The notes under the pieces were generated by a model. It saw nothing but the letters and a program-made list of their open reading frames with translations, searched no databases and had not been told where the DNA came from. 64,000 nt of DNA from a virus, in IMG/VR virus record IMGVR_UViG_3300038620_000134, positions 1-64,000 of that record; one strand, written 5' to 3'. The position numbers and the translations under genes are program-made. Shown here one piece after another: positions 38,152 through 48,375 of the stretch (the first letter of the stretch is position 1; each line of letters begins with the position of its first letter).

Positions 38152-38505
38152 ATGTCTAAACATGGTGAAGAATTTCATCACCTGTGATATCACCTGTACA
38201 TTGAATATAAAGGTAAAAAATATGAATTGGTTATTACTACTTCTTCTGATTCTGGAGAAACTGTAAAGTTTTCCACGAAGAAACATGATATTGAATTTGA
38301 CCTTGTTACTACGTCTTCTGATTTTGGGGAGGTTGTAACCGTTAAGTCTATTACAAAAAATATTCCTGATTTTCTTATACCAAAAACCTTATTTATTAAT
38401 CAAAAAGGCTCTGATTGGGAAGTTTATCGTGGAGAATCATTCGAAGATTATCAAAAAAGATTGAAAGAAGAAAATTGTTCAATATTTATAAGTAACTTAA
38501 CTTAA
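38152..38505 (+). pseudogene. Hypothetical gene interrupted by an in-frame TGA at 38185
   Basis: ATG 38152 gives MSKHGEEFHHL*YHLYIEYKGKKYELVITT, in frame with ORF 38227..38505. Confidence 0.45.
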
Positions 38506-38525
38506 TAACTTAAACTTTTTTAACC

Positions 38526-38876
38526 ATGAACTTGAGCATCAATAAAAGGCAAGAAAAAGGAAAAACCGCCATTTTAATTAGTCCGGCTTTTGGTGGCGGC
38601 TGGAGCACCGAAACAAGTAATAATAAACTCCGCGAGGCAGCGCTTTTCGATTCCCGCCTGATTGAGGCGGTTGAAAATGGAGATCAACAAGCCTTTGCTT
38701 ATCGAGTAGCCGAGATCAATGCAGCCTTCGCAGATAAATCACCGTTGAGAATTGGCTTGTTGGACGAGCGAGAACTTAATAATTTGCAAATAGAATGGGT
38801 GGATCAACCTTTCTATGTTCGAGAATACGACGGAGCAGAAATGCTTATTTTGGAAGAACAGTTGATTTCCCCCTAA
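38526..38876 (+). CDS. Conserved phage hypothetical protein
   Basis: A.L.SP.FGGGWS...EYDGAE motif. Confidence 0.75.
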   Translation: MNLSINKRQEKGKTAILISPAFGGGWSTETSNNKLREAALFDSRLIEAVENGDQQAFAYRVAEINAAFADKSPLRIGLLDERELNNLQIEWVDQPFYVREYDGAEMLILEEQLISP

Positions 38877-39002
38877 AGATTTATTTATTAAGTAAAACTA
38901 TGTATCTATTTTTGTTGTTTGTACTTCTTAGAAAGCAATTCACCAGATCTCTGAATTAAGATTGAAAAATTTTAAAGATTGCAACTTTTTTGGATGCAAC
39001 TC

Positions 39003-39033
39003 TTGACCCGGACTACTCTTTTGCCTAAATTGG
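39003..39033 (+). promoter_or_regulatory. Early promoter TTGACC-N17-TAAATTGG
   Basis: Conserved spacing with the other sites. Confidence 0.55.
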
Positions 39034-39096
39034 CAATTAGAAAGTTAGCACGGTAAAGAGCTAACTATTAGTTTAACCACTTAAAAACTTTGAATT

Positions 39097-39330
39097 ATGT
39101 TTACTATTAACGGAAACCCCAGAGTAAGTGTTCAAGAGTGTCAAGAAGATGAACTCTACCTCGATGCCATATACTTTCGGAATCGGGGTTCTTTAGGGCA
39201 CTGGGATGAAATTAAAGTTAACGCTGCAGAAGGTAACAATTGCCATTTAGGTCACATTTCCTTAAAACAATTCGAAGCAGTAAAAGAAATTGCTCGCCAA
39301 ATTCACCAGAAAAACGGTTATAAATTTTAA
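39097..39330 (+). CDS. Hypothetical protein
   Basis: 77 aa, with its own promoter and terminator. Confidence 0.7.
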   Translation: MFTINGNPRVSVQECQEDELYLDAIYFRNRGSLGHWDEIKVNAAEGNNCHLGHISLKQFEAVKEIARQIHQKNGYKF

Positions 39331-39351
39331 ACAGAACTAACCGTCTTTTAC

Positions 39352-39378
39352 CCAGCTAGCAAACTAGCTGGATTTTTT
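39352..39378 (+). terminator. Intrinsic terminator
   Basis: CCAGCTAG-CAAA-CTAGCTGG-ATTTTTT. Confidence 0.75.
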
Positions 39379-39431
39379 ACATTTAAAAATTTACTATCAA
39401 CAAAAAAATTTGAAATTCTTTGTCTGTAAGC

Positions 39432-39462
39432 TTGACAATTCCCTGTTTCTTTATTAACTTTA
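39432..39462 (+). promoter_or_regulatory. Early promoter TTGACA-N17-TAACTTTA
   Basis: Conserved spacing with the other sites. Confidence 0.65.
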
Positions 39463-39488
39463 AACTAAATAAAGATTAAAGATTAACT

Positions 39489-39944
39489 ATGGTACTCGTA
39501 GCAGTTACAGCAGAAGATTTACGTTTCGTATCATTAACGGACGAAGAAGGGTTGTGTTTAAGTGAGGATGCTGTTCGAAAAGGGCAGATAACTCAGCAGC
39601 GGATTGACGTTAGCTGGGAAAACTTGGATGCCGTAATTCCACACGGCGACTTTATAGATTACAAAGGAAATTTAGTAACCGTTGAAAAGTTATTTGTAGC
39701 TGTTCAACGCACGGCTGTAGGAACTATTTTGCGTTCCGAAGGACTTTATAATAGCTTCAAAGATCAGCCGAGGAAGGCTCTACAGGCTGTTTACGAACTA
39801 GCCGTAGAAAACTTGGAGGCAAATGAGCGTTACCGCAGAGAGTGGAATCGTAAGCATAACAGCGGCGGTCTAATGCCGTCGAAGCGCGTAAAGCTTTCAA
39901 CAGCTTGGGATAATGACCATGTAGACTGGGAAAATAAAAATTAA
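39489..39944 (+). CDS. Hypothetical protein
   Basis: 151-aa ORF. Confidence 0.7.
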   Translation: MVLVAVTAEDLRFVSLTDEEGLCLSEDAVRKGQITQQRIDVSWENLDAVIPHGDFIDYKGNLVTVEKLFVAVQRTAVGTILRSEGLYNSFKDQPRKALQAVYELAVENLEANERYRREWNRKHNSGGLMPSKRVKLSTAWDNDHVDWENKN

Positions 39945-39953
39945 AATTATCCC

Positions 39954-39984
39954 TTGACAATACCAAATTTTTGTATTATACTTG
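39954..39984 (+). promoter_or_regulatory. Early promoter TTGACA-N17-TATACTTG
   Basis: Overlaps the ORF-track start at 39971, so the true start is likely ATG 40019. Confidence 0.7.
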
Positions 39985-40018
39985 TAGTAGATTGTTAAAC
40001 GATAAACCATTTTCAATT

Positions 40019-41080
40019 ATGAGTAATCAAGTTAAAAGGACGGATATTTTTAAGGTTGACCTGAGTTTGGTCAACATTGTTCAAGATTTCAATGCCCGTG
40101 ATTTTTCAGACCCGGAAAATATTGCGCGGGTAAACGAAATAGCAAAGTCCATTGAGGCTCGCGGGCAGATCCATCCCGTTAATGCTTTCAAAGAAGACGG
40201 GAAGTATTGGTTAATCGACGGCGAAACTCGGTTTCGTGCCATTAAGCAAATTCAGGATAACCTGAATGAAAATGGCAATACCGAGGCTGCTGATAACATT
40301 CGAATCCTTCTTCGGGTTGTTCCAAAATCAGAAACTGGAGAAGAAAATCGGATGTTTATGATGTTGGCGGCAAATGATTCTAAGCCGCTTAATCCAATAG
40401 AAACAGCGTTTGCTTACAAGCGCCTAACTAACATGGGTTATACGGCTAGTGAAATTTCCCGCCAACTGGGGGTTTCTGTTCCCAACGTAACCAATACGCT
40501 TTATCTTGCAACTGCTCCAAAATATTTGCAAGATGCGGTTAAGGACAAGAAGATTGCCGTAACGACAGTAGTTAAGCTTATTCGGGAATCTGAAAATCCC
40601 GATAAAGCCAAGGAGGTTGTTGAAGACTTGATTGAAAATCAGGGGTATTCGAAAGTCAAAGCAAAAGATTTAAGCCTTGACCAGAACCACTCCAGTTCAA
40701 ATCAAGAGCCAACCGAAGAACCGATCGAGGAATCGACTGAAGAACCAACTCAAAACACCGACAATGGCTTCGATTCCGAAGTTTCTAAAGAGCCTAATAA
40801 AAGTTCGGAAAAGAAGCCCGGCTCAAATAACCCCAAAAAGGAAAAGATTCAAGGTAAAGTTCAAAATATTATTGAAAGTCTTGATTCCGATAATTCCTTT
40901 GAATTTTACCTAGAGAAGGTTCTTCAAATGGTTGGTGATAGCGAAGTAAGTTCCGAAGAAGTTATCAAGTACATTCAAAGTAACCGTACAAGCGAAACGA
41001 CTGAAATTGATGACTTCTTTGGTGGAGAAAATAACGTTATTGAATTTGAAAACGCTGAATTCACTAACTTTTATAACTAA
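40019..41080 (+). CDS. ParB/Srx-like domain protein with HTH
   Basis: FNAR, IA.SI...GQIHPV, LIDGETRFRA, and HTH-like ASEISRQLGVSVPNV. Confidence 0.82.
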   Translation: MSNQVKRTDIFKVDLSLVNIVQDFNARDFSDPENIARVNEIAKSIEARGQIHPVNAFKEDGKYWLIDGETRFRAIKQIQDNLNENGNTEAADNIRILLRVVPKSETGEENRMFMMLAANDSKPLNPIETAFAYKRLTNMGYTASEISRQLGVSVPNVTNTLYLATAPKYLQDAVKDKKIAVTTVVKLIRESENPDKAKEVVEDLIENQGYSKVKAKDLSLDQNHSSSNQEPTEEPIEESTEEPTQNTDNGFDSEVSKEPNKSSEKKPGSNNPKKEKIQGKVQNIIESLDSDNSFEFYLEKVLQMVGDSEVSSEEVIKYIQSNRTSETTEIDDFFGGENNVIEFENAEFTNFYN

Positions 41081-41100
41081 GTTAAAGGTTAGAATAGTTG

Positions 41101-41185
41101 GATGCACCTGAAGAAGTTGGGGGTGATTTTAATTGTAACCGTAACAATTTAGCATCCCTTGAAGATACAACCTAAAAAGGTTGGG
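41101..41185 (+). repeat. Orphan non-coding LRR repeat cassette
   Basis: Reads DAPEEVGGDFNCNRNNLASLEDT, then after a 1-nt insertion PKKVG; nearly identical to 63147..63230. Confidence 0.85.
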
Positions 41186-41192
41186 AAAGTTT

Positions 41193-41223
41193 ACAGGATG
41201 GTTTACAACCATCCTGTTTTTTT
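41193..41223 (+). terminator. Intrinsic terminator
   Basis: ACAGGATGGTT-TAC-AACCATCCTGT followed by a T-run, between convergent genes. Confidence 0.75.
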
Positions 41224-44200
41224 ATATATTAGACTGTAGTATATTGTAAACCAGTTTTCCTGATATATTAACCTTTTTGTTTGTTTTAATACTTTCGTTT
41301 ACTTCACCCGAAAACATAAACCAAACATCTTCATTATTTGTGGGGTATGGTACAAATTCTACGCGTTCATTATCTACAAGTGCTTCTATAATAACGGGGC
41401 AAGACTTTACAAATTCGGAATAACTCATTTCCTTTAGATTTGCAGACGCCTTGTTTTTATATTTCAACTTTTTAATTTCAATGCCAGAATTGTTTAGTTG
41501 CTCCATATTTTCAACCATTTGAACATTGTTATATTCTTTCGTTGAATTCGCTTTGTCTTTTACATATTTTTCACGACTTGACATTAGCATTGCTGCCATA
41601 TCCGATCCATACATTTTAGATAAGCTTTCAAAAGACGATTCGTTCTTTTTGTCATCACTACCAACCATTGAACCTTGTTCTAATGAATCGTGTGTTTGCT
41701 GTTTTCTATCAGATTTACGAACCGCGTCACTTAATCCAGCAAGATTCATTCTTTGGGCATATGTACTTTTTATGTTATCTACCTGATCCTGTGTATCTGT
41801 TAATTCCGAAGGGTATGATGCGTTTGCATCTCCAGTATCACTAACTGTAAAATAACGGTTTGCACCAGAATGGTATCCACTTACATATGCGTCTTCTTGT
41901 TCATCTTTCAGTCTTACATTATCACCTGGATGAAAGCGTTTTGTTGCTCCTGTTTTTTGGATTGCCTCATCGACCTGTTGATATTTATCTTTAAGCTCTT
42001 GTAGTTGTTTTTCTAATTTTGAACGCATTACTTTTACTTGACTTGATTCTTGAACACTACTACTAGATTTAGCAATTTTATCAAGATTTTCATTAACTTT
42101 GTTAATTTTTTTCATAATTTTTTCGCGCTCAATTTCATATTGTTTTACAGCAGATTCGCGCTCATTAAGAATATCGTGGAAAAGATAACTTGCATCCACA
42201 TCATGGTTTTCTTGAATAAGCTGTAAAGCATTATTTGCATTAGTTTTTTCAAACTTATTTTCATATGTTATGGGATCAATATGATGAATGTAAACTTGAT
42301 TTGCAATTTTATAAACATTTGTTACCATACCTTCATAAAGCTTGGATTCAAAGGTTTTTGCAAAGTCCAACCAAACCATATTGTCAATTATATCCAATCC
42401 ATTTTCAATTACTTGGGTAATATTGTCTCTACCCATAACAAGTCCAAGATAGCTAATTCGATTTAGCATTGATTCCTTGTTACTCGCCTCAAATACTTTA
42501 TTGTTAATGTTTACTGTTTTGTATTCAAAGGGATACATTTCATTAATGTTCTTCTTAAAGTATATGCAGCCGTCTTCTCTATCGTAGTCAACATTATAGA
42601 TTTCTTCAAATATACCTTGAATTGTGTCAGCCAAATTTTCTGATTGCTCATGTGTTATAGATGGGCATTCATATATTCCAGTTTCTTTTTCATTGCCATA
42701 TCCACTTAGTATATCTCTTTTATCTTTTTCTAACAAATTATCAATACTTGTTACAGGTGGATATTCACTCTTATTGTTTTGTATTTCAACGCGATTTTGA
42801 GAACCCTCAAATATTAACGTATCGTTTTTGTAATAAAATTCTTTAAGCGAACTAACTTTTTCAGTTAAAGAGTTTGGTGCGGTATTTTCATTTATTCTAA
42901 AAATTTGATTTCCATTTTTAATTAAGAAGTAATCACCGCTGTTAAAAAAGTATTGGTGTCTGGAATCGCCATATTCAAAAAGAGCATAAACATTTTTTAC
43001 ACTCACTGAATTTGTTTCGCTTTCTGAAGTAAAATCATATTGGCGAAGCTTAGTGCTATAATTGACTTTATCTTGTGCTTTTGAAGCCTTAAATGAATTG
43101 TTTGTTGCAATTTTTTGAAGATTGTCAAGTAAAGTATCCACAAATTCATAAAGTCCTCTAAACTTATTAAGTTCAGTGGTAACATAGCTAGTTGCTTGAT
43201 ATTCTGGGAGTGAAAATGCACGTTCTAATATATCTATAATTTTACTATATTGTTCTGGATACTGTGAGTTCTCCAGTATATCTTTTGTTTGTGCAATTGC
43301 AACGTAAGGTCTTAAATTAGTAAGATTTCGTTTAAGTGTTGAAATGCTGTTAGAAACAGCATTATCGTACTGCCAATTAGCCAACCCATTCATTACATTT
43401 TCAATAAGCATGTAATCACGGGGTTCATTATTCTTTTGTTCATATACTTGATCTACAAAGTATTGAAGTTGAATATTGGTAGCATAAGCATCTGTTTGTT
43501 GAAGATCATTAAGAACTTGTTTAACTCCAAGATCCCTCACATCATTTTTACGTTTTTCGCTTTCTAAAAAGCTACGGATGTATTCATCTTTACGATCACT
43601 GTTAATTTCTAAATCTGCGAGTTCTCTTTCTAGAAGTTTACGGAGTTCTGCTTCATTTAATCCGTAGTTCAGTACATTCTTAAATTCTTGTAGTTTTTCT
43701 TTTATTCTGTAATCTGATGTATTTCTTTCACATTTTTCAATATCATTATTTAGTTTTTCAGCTTGTTTGCGGTTTACTTCTTTTTGACTTTCCGAAAGTT
43801 GATAATTTGCAAACTTGTTTAAAACTAAATCTACTATACTGCTTCTATGATCACAGTTTTTAATATTTTCAATTAGTATTCTAATTTTGTCTTCATTCTT
43901 TTCAAGAACTTTTTGCATTTGAATTGCGTGTTGAACACGTTCTATAACTTGTGGGGACTTTACTGTTTTTAGTATAAAGTCCGTAAGCTCATTAAAGTTT
44001 TCGGGAATAAGTTCATAAGATACTTTTTCTACAAGTTTATTGGCTGTTTTGTTTTGCTTAAATTCTTTAAGATTTACTACAATTGAATTTTGTAGTTTAC
44101 GCTCATCAAAATTCTTTTCAAGTATTTTAGTAGCAACTTCATAAAGATTTTGGTCTTTGTTAAAGTAAGCTACTCTAGCCACTTCATCAAGTTTAATATA

Positions 44201-44662
44201 ATTTTCTAATCTATTAAAGTTTTCAGAAATATTATTTAATTTTCTTGAATAATAATCTGAACTTCTACCAAGTTCTTGAAATTCACTCATAAACTGGGTG
44301 TAAACTTCACATTCTTTATTATCTGCTAAATACCGATTTAGTTCAATTACGGATTCCTGTATTCCATGAGATTCACCAAAGTCATCTTCTACATTGTTAA
44401 TAAAGTTTCTTATACCTAGATTATCAATGTTGTGTTTTGAGCGTTCCAGTTCTAGAAGTTTTTGAATACTGGAATTTTCAATTAGCTTTTGGCTTAATAC
44501 ATTCACGTTATCAAACCTTGCAAATAATTCACGTCTCACATTGATTTCATTAAGTTGATTTTGCTTACAATAACTGATAAAGTCATTGAAGGCTTCTCTA
44601 ACCTGTTCGTTTTTCAGGCTGTTAGATACTTTTTTGATTCTTTTGAAAATGCTTATACTCAT
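41222..44662 (-). CDS. Large coiled-coil late protein (possible head core/scaffold)
   Basis: 1146 aa, TAAATA promoter, many L/I-x-E motifs; family not recognised. Confidence 0.7.
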   Translation of the reverse strand: MSISIFKRIKKVSNSLKNEQVREAFNDFISYCKQNQLNEINVRRELFARFDNVNVLSQKLIENSSIQKLLELERSKHNIDNLGIRNFINNVEDDFGESHGIQESVIELNRYLADNKECEVYTQFMSEFQELGRSSDYYSRKLNNISENFNRLENYIKLDEVARVAYFNKDQNLYEVATKILEKNFDERKLQNSIVVNLKEFKQNKTANKLVEKVSYELIPENFNELTDFILKTVKSPQVIERVQHAIQMQKVLEKNEDKIRILIENIKNCDHRSSIVDLVLNKFANYQLSESQKEVNRKQAEKLNNDIEKCERNTSDYRIKEKLQEFKNVLNYGLNEAELRKLLERELADLEINSDRKDEYIRSFLESEKRKNDVRDLGVKQVLNDLQQTDAYATNIQLQYFVDQVYEQKNNEPRDYMLIENVMNGLANWQYDNAVSNSISTLKRNLTNLRPYVAIAQTKDILENSQYPEQYSKIIDILERAFSLPEYQATSYVTTELNKFRGLYEFVDTLLDNLQKIATNNSFKASKAQDKVNYSTKLRQYDFTSESETNSVSVKNVYALFEYGDSRHQYFFNSGDYFLIKNGNQIFRINENTAPNSLTEKVSSLKEFYYKNDTLIFEGSQNRVEIQNNKSEYPPVTSIDNLLEKDKRDILSGYGNEKETGIYECPSITHEQSENLADTIQGIFEEIYNVDYDREDGCIYFKKNINEMYPFEYKTVNINNKVFEASNKESMLNRISYLGLVMGRDNITQVIENGLDIIDNMVWLDFAKTFESKLYEGMVTNVYKIANQVYIHHIDPITYENKFEKTNANNALQLIQENHDVDASYLFHDILNERESAVKQYEIEREKIMKKINKVNENLDKIAKSSSSVQESSQVKVMRSKLEKQLQELKDKYQQVDEAIQKTGATKRFHPGDNVRLKDEQEDAYVSGYHSGANRYFTVSDTGDANASYPSELTDTQDQVDNIKSTYAQRMNLAGLSDAVRKSDRKQQTHDSLEQGSMVGSDDKKNESSFESLSKMYGSDMAAMLMSSREKYVKDKANSTKEYNNVQMVENMEQLNNSGIEIKKLKYKNKASANLKEMSYSEFVKSCPVIIEALVDNERVEFVPYPTNNEDVWFMFSGEVNESIKTNKKVNISGKLVYNILQSNI

Positions 44663-44756
44663 GGAATAAGAGTTTTTTTGGTTTGTTTTATTTATTTATT
44701 GTTTACAAAAAAAGCTTTGTTATTTATTATTAGTTTTAATAAATAGTAAAAAAAGT

Positions 44757-45842
44757 ATGAATCACTTTCAAATATTATATAATTCAGGTATTTTAACAGA
44801 AGATGAAGACCTAGAATTAGAATATGTAGATGATGACATAAACGAAGATATAGTTGAAATTGAATTTGATGAAGGTATATATGAACGCGGGCTTGGTTTC
44901 AGTATGAGAGATGTTCCCGGTTCGGAAAATGTAAGTAAAGCTATTAGTAGTGCTGGCGAACAAGTTGTAGGATACTTTAAGAAAGTTTTAAGATACAAAA
45001 AAGCAAAAAAACGCCTTAAAAAGTATTTAAAAAAGTATAACAAAATAATGAATAATTCTGTTGATGAATATGTTAAAATATACAAAGACTGGTTAGATGA
45101 ATATAACAAAATTGAAGATGATGATAAACTTAGTAAAGAAGATAAAAAACAAAAAGAAGAAGAGTTAAAAGAAGATGTAAAAAAACAAAAAGAAGAAGTA
45201 GAAGCAGATGTTGAAGGAAAAATAGAAGAAGCATCTGCAAAACTTGATGATATAATTGAAAAACTTGAAGGTCACCACAAAAAAGTTATTGAAGCTAGAA
45301 AGAAAGCTGGTGAAACAAAAGCTAACTTAGAAGCAGAAAGAAAAATAACTAAAGAAAAAATTAAACTTACCGATAACAGTAAACATAAAAAAGAAATCAA
45401 AAGTAATTTTAAAGAGGTTGAGAAAGAAAAGAAAGAAAAAATAGAAAGTTATAAAGAAACTGCTGATAATGCCGAAGAAGAAGCTAAAGAAAAAAGAAAA
45501 GAAAAGGAACAGGAAATGGAAGAAAGGGCTGGGGAGCATAGAAAAGAAATGGAAAAATTACAAAAAGAGTATAAAGAAATATATGATAAGTTAAATAAAG
45601 TAGTTAATAAAAAAGGAAGTAAAGACAAGGCTGAAGAACTTTTAGATGATCTTTTTGTAAAAGATAAAGAAATTAAAAAAGTTTTTGATAAGTATTTAAA
45701 AGCTATGGGCAAAAAACCTAAAGAAGGAAGTTACTACAACCTTAAAGGCGAAGATAAAAAGGAAATAAGAAATAATGTTAGACAAATGGTGGCTAAACCA
45801 GAGGATAAAAATGAATCGATTTTAATTCTTGACTTTGACTAA
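44757..45842 (+). CDS. K/E-rich coiled-coil late protein
   Basis: Acidic N-terminus with LTE/INE/IYE motifs; AATAAATA upstream. Confidence 0.7.
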   Translation: MNHFQILYNSGILTEDEDLELEYVDDDINEDIVEIEFDEGIYERGLGFSMRDVPGSENVSKAISSAGEQVVGYFKKVLRYKKAKKRLKKYLKKYNKIMNNSVDEYVKIYKDWLDEYNKIEDDDKLSKEDKKQKEEELKEDVKKQKEEVEADVEGKIEEASAKLDDIIEKLEGHHKKVIEARKKAGETKANLEAERKITKEKIKLTDNSKHKKEIKSNFKEVEKEKKEKIESYKETADNAEEEAKEKRKEKEQEMEERAGEHRKEMEKLQKEYKEIYDKLNKVVNKKGSKDKAEELLDDLFVKDKEIKKVFDKYLKAMGKKPKEGSYYNLKGEDKKEIRNNVRQMVAKPEDKNESILILDFD

Positions 45843-47413
45843 ATTTTTACTTTATGTATTTCATAAGGGTGTTGTTTTTTGTCGTACACTTTTTTTCTTT
45901 CATTCATGTGTTTAAGTGAATAATTTACATAGTTGTACTTATAGCCATCTGCAAAAGTGTAAGACGTTTTGAAATTGTCTGCTATATCGTAAAAGTTAAT
46001 CTCATTTTTGTTTTCATGGGTTCTTAACCCCCTACCAAGCGTTTGCATGATAGTTATTTGAGATTTGTAGTTTTGAGCAAGAATTATGTTATGTAAATTA
46101 TGTATGTTAATTCCTGTAGAAACACATCCAAAAGATGCTATTAAAATTTTATTTGTTCCTTCTTCCATCTTTTCTACAAATTCCCGTCTTTGCTCTTTAT
46201 CGGTGTGACCATCAATGTAATAAATTTCTTTTCCTTTTGTTTCGCTTTTTAATCTTTGATAAATTCGTTTTCCATACTCCCACTTAACATCATTAAAAAG
46301 AACCATTGAATTATTTTCGAATTCTTTAACAAAATTTACAAGCCAAGTAAGTCTTTTGTTATTTTGTATAATTTTTAACTGTTCTTTTGAATATAGATCT
46401 GTGGATTCTATTTTTTTAGAACCTGCTAAATAAGCCAATTCTTTTCTTTCATCTTTGCTTAAGTAGTTTAGTTCATATATTTGTATATTAACGGGTGATG
46501 AATAACCTTTATCTATAAGTTCTTTAGCAGGAACATCAACGACAATTGGGCCTATTGAACTCTGTAAAGTGAAAAAGTCAGCGGTTCCTTCAATATCTAA
46601 TGTTTTTATAGTTCCTGAAACACCATACTTATAATTAACATTTGTACAACGTTTTTGAAGAATGTTTTTAATTGTTGTGGTTTTTGCTTTATGTGATTCA
46701 TCACAAACCACCATATCAAAGTCTTTGAAAAAATCTTTATCTTGATTATTAAGTGTTTGATAAGTAGAAATCAAAATTTCGGAATCATTAGTAAACGTGT
46801 CTATACCCGAATACTTTTGAGCTACGTTTAAATTACCTTTAGTCCAATCGTGGTAAGTACAGAAATCACCATAACCCTGTGCAACTAGTCCTACAGTAGG
46901 AACAATAACAAGCATTTTTCCATTAAGTTTACCCATTTCTTTAAGATAGGAGTAAAGAACATAAATAATAAAGGTTTTTCCTCCAGATGTTCCAATTTGT
47001 GCTTGTCCAAATCTATACTTAGCTAGTTTATATATAGTATCAATTTGATAATCCCTTTTATCAAAACCTAATCTGTCAGTAAATTTTGATTGAACATAGC
47101 TGTCAATATAATCTTTGGTTACGTCTAAATTAAATGTTTCTTTAAGCCCGTCTATTTTAAGATCTGATTTAACTTGTTTTGAAAAGTTGTACAATTCATA
47201 CCATAACCCAATTGGTATTCTTTGTGCTTTTGTAAAGAATTTTATTTCACCGTCAAAACCACGGAAACTCCTACCTTTCTTTTCTGCTACCTTCTTTTTA
47301 ATCCAAAAATCTTTAACTTTTCTTGTAAAATAAGTTTCTAAATTTTTAACATCAGTTTCTGTTCCATCTACTAAGCGAAGGTATTTTTCATTTGATTCTA
47401 CTTCAAATCTCAT
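45839..47413 (-). CDS. uvsW: UvsW-like DNA helicase
   Basis: RDYQ, GTSGGKT, IVPT, DESH, GVSGT, STGINI, QTLGRGLR and YDIAD. Confidence 0.9.
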   Translation of the reverse strand: MRFEVESNEKYLRLVDGTETDVKNLETYFTRKVKDFWIKKKVAEKKGRSFRGFDGEIKFFTKAQRIPIGLWYELYNFSKQVKSDLKIDGLKETFNLDVTKDYIDSYVQSKFTDRLGFDKRDYQIDTIYKLAKYRFGQAQIGTSGGKTFIIYVLYSYLKEMGKLNGKMLVIVPTVGLVAQGYGDFCTYHDWTKGNLNVAQKYSGIDTFTNDSEILISTYQTLNNQDKDFFKDFDMVVCDESHKAKTTTIKNILQKRCTNVNYKYGVSGTIKTLDIEGTADFFTLQSSIGPIVVDVPAKELIDKGYSSPVNIQIYELNYLSKDERKELAYLAGSKKIESTDLYSKEQLKIIQNNKRLTWLVNFVKEFENNSMVLFNDVKWEYGKRIYQRLKSETKGKEIYYIDGHTDKEQRREFVEKMEEGTNKILIASFGCVSTGINIHNLHNIILAQNYKSQITIMQTLGRGLRTHENKNEINFYDIADNFKTSYTFADGYKYNYVNYSLKHMNERKKVYDKKQHPYEIHKVKI

Positions 47414-47505
47414 TTTTCTAATTTTATATTACTTATTAAATATACTGACTTTATGTATGTTTATTTATTATTTAAAGTATGGTTATATTATTAACGGTTG
47501 TATTT

Positions 47506-48246
47506 TTAGTTTTTTAGCTGATTTTTAATTTTTTTACGCGTAAATTCTCTTTTAAGATATTGTTTATATTTTTTTATACTTGTTATATCACCGCTATGCT
47601 CTCCAGATAGTAATAAAAATCCGAACATAGTTATGTTAACACGTTGTGTGTTTTTGTCATAAGAAACGTAAGATGGCCCATCTTTTCTATTTCTATAGCT
47701 ACGGGGGAACAACCCTATTCTTGTGCTTTCTTTCATTACTTTTTTTATGTATTGGACGTTTTTAATTTGACCATCACTATAATATGTAAATTTTGAAGGT
47801 TTTTCACTTCTTCTCATTTTTTTCTTTTTTTCATTCGATTGCTGTTCATATACAAAACACTTTATTTTATATTCCATTTCACTTTTAAACCCCCTAATAA
47901 ACGCTGGTTTGTTTTTTCTATAATAAAAATATTTAAAAAATGGGTCATCAAAACTTATTTTATCAAGTGAGCACCTGCGATTATCACTTATATTATAACG
48001 TACAACATGTTCGGCTGGAAAATCACCAAGTGGTTTATTTTTTATTGTGTCATTTTTAAGGTTGTAAACATGAGAAAAAGAACCCACTGAACTTATTTTA
48101 TTCATTACATCTTCTATAGCAAAATTTGTGTTTGTATCCACTAAAAAAGTAGAATGAACCATGAGCATTTCTGACGCTGTTCTTTTTATTAGTTTTCTAT
48201 AATATACACTTGTGTTTAAGTATTTTTTTATTAGTTCAATTTTCAT
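47506..48246 (-). CDS. Hypothetical protein with RKDGPS/KPA motifs (related to the HRxDGP family)
   Basis: RKNKPAF, RSEKPSK, RKDGPS. Confidence 0.65.
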   Translation of the reverse strand: MKIELIKKYLNTSVYYRKLIKRTASEMLMVHSTFLVDTNTNFAIEDVMNKISSVGSFSHVYNLKNDTIKNKPLGDFPAEHVVRYNISDNRRCSLDKISFDDPFFKYFYYRKNKPAFIRGFKSEMEYKIKCFVYEQQSNEKKKKMRRSEKPSKFTYYSDGQIKNVQYIKKVMKESTRIGLFPRSYRNRKDGPSYVSYDKNTQRVNITMFGFLLLSGEHSGDITSIKKYKQYLKREFTRKKIKNQLKN

Positions 48247-48375
48247 TTTTTTATTTAGTTTATGTTTATACAGTTAGTTGGTTTGCTGCCGGTATTGGCC
48301 TATAATATAACAAACTATCCATTTAAAAAGTGGATAGTTCTAAAGGTTGGAAAAATAAAAAGTAATACGATGTAA

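Noticed and set aside
41222-44662. Tape measure or SMC/Rad50 assignment
   Set aside because: No Walker motifs and no Ala/Gly-rich tape-measure pattern; left as an unassigned late protein.
44768-45712. F/L/S-rich minus-strand ORFs
   Set aside because: Antisense shadows of the K/E-rich gene 44757..45842; the other short ORFs nested in long genes were dismissed for the same reason.
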